Shown here: positions 45,955 to 55,583 of the stretch, piece after piece
Position numbering within the stretch: the stretch's first letter is position 1
Layout of the letters: each line of letters starts with the position of its first letter
Assembly (NCBI GenBank): GCA_048941385.1
Contig: JBHLNR010000003.1
Coordinates: 333 to 64,332 of the forward strand
Reading direction: 5' to 3'
DNA: 64,000 bases
DNA from: Promethearchaeota archaeon
GTDB taxonomy: Archaea; Asgardarchaeota; Lokiarchaeia; Sigyniarchaeales; SOKP01
Made by a program: the position numbers and the translations under genes
The notes under the pieces: generated by a model
What the model was told of the DNA's origin: nothing
The model's input: only the letters and a program-made list of their open reading frames with translations
Databases searched by the model: none

Positions 45955-46050
45955 TTCTCTTTTGGGAATTTTAGTTAATCAATTAAATCTATAGCAAGGA
46001 TTAATAACATTAATAAAAAAAAAAGAGTATTATTTTTAAGATTAATGTAG

Positions 46051-46419
46051 TTAATAAATTATTATATTCCCAAAAATCATTAATAATGCTAGTGCGATAA
46101 TAGTAATACTGGTTGTAAAAACCATTCCTCTTCTAATACTATCTGAAAGTGTTCCATCAGCCATAGCGCCCCAAAATGAGGAAAAACAAAACATTACAAA
46201 ACCTAATTGTATAAATAACATTGAAAGAGATGAAAGTGTATTTATAAAATAGATGAAGAATTCACTCTCCTCTGGAGACTGAGGATCTGCAAAGGTCATA
46301 AATAAAGATCTTACTGTAATTAAAACAATTCCCGCACCCATAATAATTATAGCGACAAGAAAAAACTTCATATAAGATTTACTTAAAATTGAACCACGAC
46401 CTGACTCCATTGATTTCAC
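46051..46419 (-). CDS. Hypothetical integral membrane protein
   Basis: 122 aa with three to four hydrophobic helices. Confidence 0.45.
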   Translation of the reverse strand: MKSMESGRGSILSKSYMKFFLVAIIIMGAGIVLITVRSLFMTFADPQSPEESEFFIYFINTLSSLSMLFIQLGFVMFCFSSFWGAMADGTLSDSIRRGMVFTTSITIIALALLMIFGNIIIY

Positions 46420-46482
46420 CTTTATTTTTAGAAGAACACATATGTTTGTGTTAAAGAAGATGTTTTATCTTTTTATTTAAAG

Positions 46483-47061
46483 TTATCCTTTTCTTAGTTT
46501 TAATTGTATTTTCTTCCTCTCTGCGTACTGATTACAATTAGCTTTTAGAATCTTTGATCTTGCTTTCAGGTTATTTAATTCTATTCCTTCACGCTTTATT
46601 TGCTCGTTACTATTTTTTAATGCAAGTTCTAAATTCTCTATAGGGAGTAGGGCCGCAGCAAGACAGAAAAAACTTTTTGATCTACCTTCATTAAAGTTTT
46701 CTAACATAGTTTGAAGAAATTTTATTCTTTTTTCTTGTTGCTCCATAAATTCTTCTATTCCACCATTCTTTATTGAATGTAAGTTAGTAAGAGAAACTTG
46801 ATGACAAATAAAGGAATCAGCTTTATCCCAATCTTTTAGTTTTTCACAGGGAAACTCATTACATTCAGCGCAGGTTTCAAACTTATTTTTTTTAACACAA
46901 CAAGTTATTATTGAACATGATGGATGTCTGGTAAAGAACTCTGGACCACAACAGCCTGGGCATCTAGAAGGTCCTTTTGTGTAGTATGTGGGGCATAAAC
47001 CACAATCTAAACCACAACAAGCGATTGTAGGATAAGTTTTCTCAGGATATTTTCCCTGCAT
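46483..47061 (-). CDS. Cys-rich DUF3795-like protein
   Basis: IACCGLDCGLCPTY...CPGCCG...CSIITCC...CAECNEFPC pattern typical of DUF3795. Confidence 0.65.
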   Translation of the reverse strand: MQGKYPEKTYPTIACCGLDCGLCPTYYTKGPSRCPGCCGPEFFTRHPSCSIITCCVKKNKFETCAECNEFPCEKLKDWDKADSFICHQVSLTNLHSIKNGGIEEFMEQQEKRIKFLQTMLENFNEGRSKSFFCLAAALLPIENLELALKNSNEQIKREGIELNNLKARSKILKANCNQYAERKKIQLKLRKG

Positions 47062-47183
47062 ACCTCTTATGAATTCTCTTTGATTAAGATATTTATAATT
47101 AGATTTTAATAAATAAAAGGTTTATAAGAAAAGTATTATAATTATGAAATAATTCTAAGGATTAGACTACAGGAGATATCAAT

Positions 47184-49526
47184 ATGAAGCCATCTGTTTT
47201 GAAAAAATTGAATTTAATTATTGAAGAAGCCAACGCGTTAAAAGATAAAAACAAATTTCAAAAGGCAATAGGCAAATTTGAACATGCTCTAAATTTCATT
47301 AATATAAAGGTTGATGAGCCTAGTGATAAGAAGATGGAGATTGCAAATATAAGAAATGCAATAAACCAGACTTATTCAGTTGAGATCAATAATATTATCC
47401 AAGAATCAATTCGTCTGACATCTCAAAGGGAATATGACCCTGCTAGAATCAATTTTCAAAATGCCTTAAAAATTTGTGAGAAAATTGATGATGAGGATCT
47501 TAAGGAAGTAGAAAAGCGAGAAATAAAGGAGCTTATTCGGGAAATTGATATACAAAAATTATTAATTAAGGGAATAAAATTAAGGGAAGAAAGGAAGTTT
47601 GATGAATCAATAAATGTATTTAAAGAGGCAATGGCTATTGCTGAGAGTTTTCAAGATTCAGATGGAAAAAAAGATAATATTGCCAAAATTAATGAAGAAA
47701 TTAAAAGAACTTATGAAAATCAATTTAGATATATATTGCATCAAGGGACAGAATTAAAACAATCCGGTCGATTTGAAGAAGCAATCAAATTATTAGAGCA
47801 AGCAAAGAATTATATTGATGTATATTTCCCTTCGGATACTAAAAAAACCGAAGTTGTCAACCTTAAAAATTTATCAAATGAAATCTATTCTAATCAGATT
47901 AAACCGATTGTAGAAAAAGGTAATGATTTATTAGAGCAAGGATCAACTGAGAAAGGCGTTGCTGAATTAAAAAATGCATTAACCATTGCTGAAAAAATGT
48001 ATGATTCAGATTTGAAAAAGCTTGAGATAAGTATTATCGCAGAATTGATAAATCCGATCTACACAAAACGTATTAATCCTATTTTAGATGAAGGTATTAT
48101 AATTACTAAAAAAGACAATTTTAGTGAATCAAATTCGATGATAAATCAAGCTATTGATATATTTGAAAGTGCATTGGATATTGCAAAAACAATGATAGAC
48201 TCTGAAAGAAAGAATATAGAAATAAAGAAAATTACCGATCTAATCAATAAAGCCTGTTTACCAGGAATAAACACAATAAAAGATAAATCCATACAATTAA
48301 TTGGACAACAGAAATACGAAGAAGCAATTAATGAGGTTTATATTGCTTTAAGTCTTGCAAAGCGAATGACGTATCCAGAAGAAGAAAATCTAGAACTTGA
48401 AGAACTAAAAAACTTAATTAATAAAATCTACTCCGTTGAAATAAAAAAGATTATCAATCAAGGAAAAGAACTAGCCGAAGAAAATGAGTTTGAGAAAGCT
48501 ATTGAAGTTTTTAATGAAGCTCTGAACCAAACAAATAAGATGTATCTAACTCAAGAAATGGAAAAACAAGTGAATAATATTAAAAGTCTTATTTATGACG
48601 CTGAAGTGGGACTTCTCATCGGAGAGGGAAAACTAACAGAAGAACAGAAAGCAAAAGAAAAAGAAATTGAGAAACTAAGAAAAAGGTTGGAATATGCTAA
48701 GTCTATAGAGGATGATATACGAAGAGTCGAAGAAATGAACAAAATCAAAAAACTGATTGATAATATTCATTCTGAAGAAATTAAGTTACTGATAGAGCAA
48801 GGCAATCAACTCGCAGGTAAGAAAGCATTTGAAGAAGCTTTTAACTTTTATGAGAAAGCTTTAAAAGTTAATGATATGATGGAAGAACCAGATGTTAAAA
48901 ATAAAGATTTAATCAAGGAGAGTTACAAAAGAGAGCTTATCAATAAAGCTAAAATTGAGATTGAAAATAAGCAGTATGATGTAGCAATCGAAAATGGAAG
49001 AAAAACCGTTGAACTAGATGAAAAATTTGTAGATGGATATTATTACATCAGTCTTGCTTATATTCATAAGAAGAAATTTGATGCTGCAATAGAAAATCTT
49101 CAAAAAGCATTAATCTATGATAAAAATCACATTCAATCTTGGAATCTCACTGGATTAGCATATGAAGCTAAAAAAGATTATGATAGCGCGTTAGAATATC
49201 TTAATAAGGCAATAGAAATTGATCCTAATTATTCCCCAGGATGGTATAATATTGGAAATATATATAAGCAGATAAAGGATTATGAAAGGGCTATTGAGAA
49301 TTACTCAAGAGCAACTGAATTGAATCCTGATTATGCTAAGGCATGGTTTTTTATGGGAACTACATATTTCGACAAAAAAGACTACTATAATGCTATCATA
49401 AATCTAGAGAAAGCGATCAGCTTAGATCCTAATCTTGCTCAAGAAATAAATCCACTAATCAAGGATCTAAAAACTACTGTTAATAAACTTCAAGACGCTC
49501 TTGATTTGTCTTTTATTAATAGATAA
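47184..49526 (+). CDS. Alpha-solenoid protein: about eight ~62-aa helical repeats followed by canonical TPRs
   Basis: 780 aa. Recurrent unit [KR]-[FY]-[ED]EAI--[FL]--AL-IA--M-D-D-K--EI--[IL]--LI--IY---I--II--G--L. The C-terminal ~200 aa have classic TPR signatures (W-L-G-AY----YD-A--Y--KA-E-DPN). Confidence 0.8.
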   Translation: MKPSVLKKLNLIIEEANALKDKNKFQKAIGKFEHALNFINIKVDEPSDKKMEIANIRNAINQTYSVEINNIIQESIRLTSQREYDPARINFQNALKICEKIDDEDLKEVEKREIKELIREIDIQKLLIKGIKLREERKFDESINVFKEAMAIAESFQDSDGKKDNIAKINEEIKRTYENQFRYILHQGTELKQSGRFEEAIKLLEQAKNYIDVYFPSDTKKTEVVNLKNLSNEIYSNQIKPIVEKGNDLLEQGSTEKGVAELKNALTIAEKMYDSDLKKLEISIIAELINPIYTKRINPILDEGIIITKKDNFSESNSMINQAIDIFESALDIAKTMIDSERKNIEIKKITDLINKACLPGINTIKDKSIQLIGQQKYEEAINEVYIALSLAKRMTYPEEENLELEELKNLINKIYSVEIKKIINQGKELAEENEFEKAIEVFNEALNQTNKMYLTQEMEKQVNNIKSLIYDAEVGLLIGEGKLTEEQKAKEKEIEKLRKRLEYAKSIEDDIRRVEEMNKIKKLIDNIHSEEIKLLIEQGNQLAGKKAFEEAFNFYEKALKVNDMMEEPDVKNKDLIKESYKRELINKAKIEIENKQYDVAIENGRKTVELDEKFVDGYYYISLAYIHKKKFDAAIENLQKALIYDKNHIQSWNLTGLAYEAKKDYDSALEYLNKAIEIDPNYSPGWYNIGNIYKQIKDYERAIENYSRATELNPDYAKAWFFMGTTYFDKKDYYNAIINLEKAISLDPNLAQEINPLIKDLKTTVNKLQDALDLSFINR

Positions 49527-49564
49527 TAAATAAAAAAAGATTGATAATAGATTTTTTTAAAGAA

Positions 49565-50728
49565 CTATTTTTGCATTTGTTTTTCTTTTCTTAATTGTCT
49601 CTTCCTATCCCGCTCTAACAACACCTTCTTTCTATCCCATATTGTATTATATAAATCTGCTTCTGTTTCAGGAGGAATATACTCTTCTTCCTTTTTTTGG
49701 AGAGACAAAGCCTCTGAAGGGCACTTCACAACACAATTACCACACCCTATACAACGTTGCTTATTCACCTCTGATGTTTCATCTGTTATTTTAATTGCGT
49801 CCATTTGGCAAACATCTATGCAGGTTTCACATGTGGTACACAGATCTGAATCTACAACCGCAAAATAATTCGAGGTAACAAAATCAGCAGGATTAGGAAG
49901 CATTTTTATTCTCTGTAAACCTTCGCAACAACATGTACAACAAGAACATATAAAATCTGGTTTCTTAGCATTTCCCGGTTGAATAATCATCCCTTCTTCT
50001 TGATTCTTTCTCAAAATTTCTAAAGCTTGATCTCTGGATATCTCTTTCCCCCATCCTTCATCAAGGTACATTTGAGCGAAATCACCAATACCCATGCAAA
50101 CATCCATTCGTGCAGTGTTCTTACAGGGGTTTCCTATTAATTCCATACCTTGTCTACATACACAATTAATAGATACAAATGGTCCCTTAGCGTTTTCTAA
50201 TATTGTGCTCAGATCTTCATAATTAGCTATATTTAATGAAGGTGTAACACTTTCTTCAACAGGGACAACACGAAGCTGTCCAATTTGAGTACTTCCTGCT
50301 TCCATCATAAAACCTTCCATCATATATTGATGCAGATCTTTCACATAATCTTTTGTTAATCTATTTACCTGAAACTCAAACGTTCCAATCATAAACATTG
50401 CTAAGCTATAGAATCTATTGTTTCCTTCCCTTCTTGCCTGAATTGCTCCTTTTTTCACCATATTATCTAAATAACTCTTTAATTCCTCCTTTGTATATCC
50501 TAAACCCTTCATTCGTCCATAAATAGTATCTAATGAATCTAAATTATCATAGGAAAAAGTGAGGTGGGTTGCAATTTTCGCTTCTTCAGGAGTGAAAACA
50601 CGCTTTAATAACCGTAATTCTACCCCTGACTTTGTAGCAGGATAACCGACAGGTAACGTATGAAGAAGTTGCTGTAATTCTTTATAAACTTCAACTTGAG
50701 ATTCTGGGATTACATCTTGTTCTGACAT
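49565..50728 (-). CDS. 4Fe-4S dicluster domain-containing protein
   Basis: 387 aa. C-terminal CTTCETCIDVCQ...CIGCGNCVVKCP ferredoxin motifs plus an extra Cys cluster CSCCTCCCEG. Confidence 0.7.
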   Translation of the reverse strand: MSEQDVIPESQVEVYKELQQLLHTLPVGYPATKSGVELRLLKRVFTPEEAKIATHLTFSYDNLDSLDTIYGRMKGLGYTKEELKSYLDNMVKKGAIQARREGNNRFYSLAMFMIGTFEFQVNRLTKDYVKDLHQYMMEGFMMEAGSTQIGQLRVVPVEESVTPSLNIANYEDLSTILENAKGPFVSINCVCRQGMELIGNPCKNTARMDVCMGIGDFAQMYLDEGWGKEISRDQALEILRKNQEEGMIIQPGNAKKPDFICSCCTCCCEGLQRIKMLPNPADFVTSNYFAVVDSDLCTTCETCIDVCQMDAIKITDETSEVNKQRCIGCGNCVVKCPSEALSLQKKEEEYIPPETEADLYNTIWDRKKVLLERDRKRQLRKEKQMQK

Positions 50729-51346
50729 ATTGGATCAATAATAATTCATTTAGAATATTTATATAGTTTTTTAAGACATTTTCATTTTTTCTTTAAATAG
50801 ATCTAAATAATGTTCATTTCAAAAAACAATATTTATATTTGAGATAAAAATAGATTGAACAGAATTATAGATATTCAATAGATAGCTAGAATTTGTTCAC
50901 TTTCCTTCATGTTTTTATAATCCTCCATTTTGTCGTAAAGCAAATTCTACAAGTGGGAATTGAATGGGGTAAGTTTATAAAGTTTAACTACCTACTATAA
51001 TTAATAGAATCTAAATTTGAAAAAAATTTAGAATAAACTAAAATAATATAAACAAATACGGAAAAAACATATAAATAGGTGATGTCAAAAAGTTGAATAG
51101 ATTTCCTTGCGGAGTGAAACATAATTTCGATAATGGAGTTATTTTTACTGAAGATAGAAACAAATATGATTGGAATTGTACCAATTGTGAATTAAAAGAA
51201 CGTGTTGTAACTGGCAGAAAACTTAAAGATATTCGAATGAATAAGAAAGTTATGTGCCCATTATTAACATACGAGTAATTAGTTTTTTGAAAAATCTTCC
51301 TTATTTTACTTTTTCTACTACAAATTATATTTTTAATAATCCATAA

Positions 51347-52615
51347 TCAAATTAGCATAGCTCTAAAGAATTTTGGACTTAAGGCAATTTTTGAGAGCGC
51401 AGGGAGTTCAGCAAACCATTTTTCTCCTACATATCTATCATTGCTATTATTATGAGTAGATAAATCGTGATTAATATAAGCTTCATAAATATATTTTCTA
51501 CAGGTTTTATTTTCCTTTAGGAGTTTCGTGTATAACCGCCAAAGAGTCTTAACATAAGAACTCTCATTATAAATCAAGTATTCAAGGGCATTACCATTTC
51601 TAAAATATGGATATAAGATTCGTTTAACTTCTTTATCGTATTTTTGTAGTTCAGAACCACTAAAACTACTCCCGCTTTCAAATAATGGTTTTATTGTTTT
51701 AGAAGCTATATCCGCACATGCTACTCCTGGTAGTAATCCTTCATAAAAGTAAGCTGTTACTAATCCCGCAGCTTCTCCAAGAATAAGTATTCGATCATTT
51801 GAGAACTTTTTAATAGGGTGTTTAGAAATTTCGCCTACAACCGCATTAGATAAATTATAGGATAATCCAATAATGAACGGTTGGATAGGCTTATAATTCT
51901 TTAATATCCTTTCTAACTTTGATAAGATTTCTTCTTTAGATTGACCTTTTTCGCCTAAATATCCCGCCGCGATTCTTTCAATTCCTCTATTAAAGAAGAA
52001 GGGACCATTTCTACTTATTTTGGGATTTATATGAAAGGTATAATTCCATTTTAAATTTTCACTTATTTTACTCTCATTACCAAACAGATGGAGGTAAACG
52101 CCTGTATAAGAATCTGGGGTTTGAAAACCAAGAGAGCGTTGTAAATCGAAACCTCGTGAACCTGTTGCTAAAACCAATAGTTTAGTATTATAGGATTCAC
52201 CTTTAGCATTAATTAATTCTAAATGATCACTATGTCTAGTAATTTTTGAGATTTTTTCATTAGATTTAAAGGTTCCACCATTTTGTTCAACATTCTTTAA
52301 TAATTCTGCTATTAAGTTTTCTGTGTAACTAATATTTCCTAATGGAATTCCATAGTCTTCAGAATCAATTACTCCATTAAATTCATCACTCATATAATTT
52401 GAGGTGGTATGAACAGTTGGGAAGATTTTTCTATTTTCCCAATCAATTTCTTCTTCAATGAAAGGTTTGTTATGCTCAGGAAAGATATTTGTTCGAATTG
52501 GAATTTCTTTTTGATAATCCTGTGCTTCAATTAACAGAGTTTTAGCGTATTTTGAAGATTTAGATCCTAATGTTGCTCCTGAAACTCCGGCTCCAATGAT
52601 TATTATATCAAACAT
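51347..52615 (-). CDS. FAD-dependent oxidoreductase, geranylgeranyl-reductase-like
   Basis: N-terminal DIIIIGAGVSGA Rossmann motif, LVLATGS, and LILGEAAGLV near the C-terminal third. Confidence 0.65.
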   Translation of the reverse strand: MFDIIIIGAGVSGATLGSKSSKYAKTLLIEAQDYQKEIPIRTNIFPEHNKPFIEEEIDWENRKIFPTVHTTSNYMSDEFNGVIDSEDYGIPLGNISYTENLIAELLKNVEQNGGTFKSNEKISKITRHSDHLELINAKGESYNTKLLVLATGSRGFDLQRSLGFQTPDSYTGVYLHLFGNESKISENLKWNYTFHINPKISRNGPFFFNRGIERIAAGYLGEKGQSKEEILSKLERILKNYKPIQPFIIGLSYNLSNAVVGEISKHPIKKFSNDRILILGEAAGLVTAYFYEGLLPGVACADIASKTIKPLFESGSSFSGSELQKYDKEVKRILYPYFRNGNALEYLIYNESSYVKTLWRLYTKLLKENKTCRKYIYEAYINHDLSTHNNSNDRYVGEKWFAELPALSKIALSPKFFRAMLI

Positions 52616-52760
52616 AGCTAATGATTACGGTTCCTTGAATAGAATTAATTTTAAAAATATTTGCATAGTTTTTAATTTTTAGAAATCAAATTTTTAAGGC
52701 AAAAGTCGTTAATGTTAGTAGTTTTGATCAAACAATATAGTCAAAGAATAAAAAAAAATT

Positions 52761-53807
52761 TCATTTTTGTATTAACTTATATTTTAATTGATTAAGAACA
52801 TCTTCATTAAGATAAAGTAATTCCTTGTTACTAGTATACTTTCTAAGTATTAGTTCAAATTTATCAAGTTCATTAAGGTATTTTGTAACTGTGTTATGAT
52901 GCATTTTAAGTGCCTGAGAAATTTTATTTTTAGTACACCCACTCCTTATCTTAAGAAACTCAATAATTCTATTGCACTTTTCATGGGAAAGGGTGTAAAA
53001 CATAATATCCTTTTCTGTACTCAGAGTTGAATCAAAATAACCAATATGTCCATTAAAATTTATTTCTCGGATTAAACTGAACATCAGCAACATTGATAAA
53101 TGCCATTTAATAACAAAAGGGGATAGATTAAGCTTCTTAGCCAATGAATTCTTATAAATCCCTGGATTTTTCTTTATAAGGTTATACATTTGCCTTCTAT
53201 TTGTATTTAGTAAAACTGTCTTTCTTGTTAGCTTTGATCCTTCTTTAATTAGATTTTTTTTAATCAGAGAATCAATAATAGTTTTTATTCCGTTGTAATT
53301 TAGATTTCCATTTAACTTATTTCTTGATTTGATGAATAAAGCTACTTTCTCTTTATTAAAAACTCTATTGTAATTAATATATTCTTGGATCAATGTAAAA
53401 ATTTTAAATTCTTCCGCGGAGACATTTACTCCTTCTATTTCGAATACAGTACAATTCTCAGATATAAAACTGGGCGAAATATATTTAGAGAACAAAATAT
53501 ATTCAATAAAAATAATTGGGCCTGTTATGCATAATAAGTAGAAGATTTCTTCATTGCTTGGCAGTACATCTTCGAAAAATAGACTAATTTCTATAGATTG
53601 AGAAATATCTGTAGAATCAAGGCTAAGCAGTTCAATTGAGGCACCTAAGAAATACTGACTTGCGAAACAATAAAATTCAAGGTTAGATTCTTCAACGTTA
53701 TTTTTCTTGTCTTCTAATTTAGTAGAATCGATACAATATACAACAGAAATAATACTTATATTTATCAACAGTAGAATTACAAGATTATTTCTTAATCGCT
53801 TTCTCAT
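52761..53807 (-). CDS. Membrane-anchored protein with two winged-helix (ArsR-like) DNA-binding domains
   Basis: N-terminal TM helix (LVILLLINISIISVVY). wHTH-like RRQMYNLIKKNPGIYKNSLAKKLNLSPFVIKWHLSML and NRIIEFLKIRSGCTKNKISQALKMHHNTVTKYLNELDK. Confidence 0.6.
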   Translation of the reverse strand: MRKRLRNNLVILLLINISIISVVYCIDSTKLEDKKNNVEESNLEFYCFASQYFLGASIELLSLDSTDISQSIEISLFFEDVLPSNEEIFYLLCITGPIIFIEYILFSKYISPSFISENCTVFEIEGVNVSAEEFKIFTLIQEYINYNRVFNKEKVALFIKSRNKLNGNLNYNGIKTIIDSLIKKNLIKEGSKLTRKTVLLNTNRRQMYNLIKKNPGIYKNSLAKKLNLSPFVIKWHLSMLLMFSLIREINFNGHIGYFDSTLSTEKDIMFYTLSHEKCNRIIEFLKIRSGCTKNKISQALKMHHNTVTKYLNELDKFELILRKYTSNKELLYLNEDVLNQLKYKLIQK

Positions 53808-54150
53808 TTTTTCGTAATAAATTTGGATTTTCTTGTTAATTGTCTGGCTTCTATTATAAATCTATTTACATGTAAATTTTTTTGTCAAGAAATTAGATAA
53901 GGTCAATTTCTTGTTAAAATTATTGAACATTTTATTAATCTTTTAACTTATGCTATATAAAAATGCATCAATAAACGAATTGAACACTTAATTCTTGATT
54001 CATGTCTAATCTTAATTTCAGATTCTTTTTCTAACCATTAATAGTATATTATTCAGATTTAAGATTGGTGAATTTAAATAGAACGGACGAAAAGGATTAT
54101 TTAAAAGTTCCAAACCACGAGATAAATTACAGAAACTTCAGGCTAACGTA

Positions 54151-54681
54151 TTGCGCAAACAAAAAAAATCAACAAAAAGAAATGAAAATCCAGAAAATAT
54201 TGGTTCTGAAACCATTATAGAAAAAATTAAAAGGAACTTACCATGGATCTTTGGGAAAAAACTCAGAAAGCCGAAGATTAACTTCCCAAAAATCAAATAT
54301 CGGAGATTTTCTTTACCAACACCATCAAGATCATTAATCATTATCATAATTTTTTCTATTTTATTTCTACTCCAAACAGGAATCGTATATTTAATTGTTA
54401 GAGATCCCCCCTCAGCCGGTAGAGATGAATATGGAAATCCAATTTTTGTATGGGAAAGAGATATTCACGAGGCATTTGTAATTGAAAGCATAGTTGCCTC
54501 GATTCTTATTATTTTATTTTCTTTTGGATTTTTATTAGTGTTTCAGGCATCCAAATATATATATGATAAAAAAATAGCAGATTATTACTTATTTCTAGGA
54601 ATAATAATAATTCTATTAACCTTTGCTCTACTCCAATTCATGCTTTATGTTAAAGCACCAAGACTTATTGAAAAACCATAA
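54151..54681 (+). CDS. OST3/OST6 (TUSC3/MagT1)-like membrane protein, TM domain only
   Basis: 176 aa. GIVYLIVRDPPSAGRDEYGNPIFVWERDIHEAFVIESIVASILII aligns by eye with the eukaryotic OST3/TUSC3 core ([42 protein letters not shown]), followed by two more TM helices as in OST3. TTG start; no thioredoxin domain. Confidence 0.55.
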   Translation: MRKQKKSTKRNENPENIGSETIIEKIKRNLPWIFGKKLRKPKINFPKIKYRRFSLPTPSRSLIIIIIFSILFLLQTGIVYLIVRDPPSAGRDEYGNPIFVWERDIHEAFVIESIVASILIILFSFGFLLVFQASKYIYDKKIADYYLFLGIIIILLTFALLQFMLYVKAPRLIEKP

Positions 54682-54691
54682 AAAAACCGGT

Positions 54692-55450
54692 TTAAATGAT
54701 ATTTATAATTTTATTAGCAATTCGATCTAGATTTACTTCAGCCATCCCGAAAGGTACACTGCTTTCATAAAGCACTACTATTAATAAGGGGTCAAGTTTC
54801 CAGGGAATATCAATTATTTTGGAAACTATCTTTTGACCATTTTCTAATCGGGAATATGTTTCAGGGAGAACTATAGCTCCAACCATAAACCTAATTTCCA
54901 ACTCTTTTAATGAATTTACTAATATTTCATTAGGTAGTGAAGTGTAAATTATATTTCCTTTTGTTGAAAGAAGTGCAGCACCAACGATCTCGTTTTCATA
55001 CATTAATTCTTTAAAAACATTAATCACTTTCTTATAGAAGGTTTTGCTCATATAGATTTCTTCTTCCCCAGTAATGATCGTGTCCACTAATTCATCAAAC
55101 TGCGGTTCTTCAATTTGCTGGTAATCTTTTACTTCAGTTGTATCAGGAAAGAGTTCAAAAAATTCATCTGCTATTCTTGATAATCGCGAACTTACAAAAA
55201 TGATACTAGCACTTGAATCACATAAAATACTAAAAATAAAATCTTCTCGCACTGCGAAAACGAACCTTAACTCACTCATTTCAAGTATTTCAGGTGTTTT
55301 TTTTGAGATTATATTCTCTGAAAATGAAAATATTGCGGAGAAAAATGGTGTAATTAGATTCACTTCAATATTTTCAAAATCATTTGTAAAATTACGATTA
55401 TATATGCATACACCCGTTTTCTTCAGGATAAAAAGCGAGTGAATTTTCAT
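54692..55450 (-). CDS. Two-domain protein: N-terminal longin-like plus C-terminal Roadblock/LC7-like domain
   Basis: 252 aa. N-terminus HSLFILKKTGVCIYNRNF...LITPFFSAIFSFSENI...LRFVFAVREDFIFSIL. C-terminus IVGAALLSTKGNIIYTSLP...LLIVVLYESSVPFGMAEVNLDRIA (roadblock pattern). Confidence 0.55.
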   Translation of the reverse strand: MKIHSLFILKKTGVCIYNRNFTNDFENIEVNLITPFFSAIFSFSENIISKKTPEILEMSELRFVFAVREDFIFSILCDSSASIIFVSSRLSRIADEFFELFPDTTEVKDYQQIEEPQFDELVDTIITGEEEIYMSKTFYKKVINVFKELMYENEIVGAALLSTKGNIIYTSLPNEILVNSLKELEIRFMVGAIVLPETYSRLENGQKIVSKIIDIPWKLDPLLIVVLYESSVPFGMAEVNLDRIANKIINII

Positions 55451-55583
55451 GAGGCTGTCGCTATTAGTAAATACTCCTTTAAGTAAAATTAATGTATTGT
55501 AGTCATTTAAGTATTTTTGATTGACAAATTTAGTTAATTATCATCAATTCTTTTATATCACTTTTAACAATCTCTGAATTAAA

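Noticed and set aside
51093-51278. 61-aa TTG-started ORF with four Cys in a 618-nt intergenic gap
   Set aside because: There is no SD, the start is non-ATG, and the Cys spacing (C6, C29-x2-C32, C55) does not form a clean zinc ribbon. It may be real, but it is unsupported. I saw no structured RNA in the gap either.
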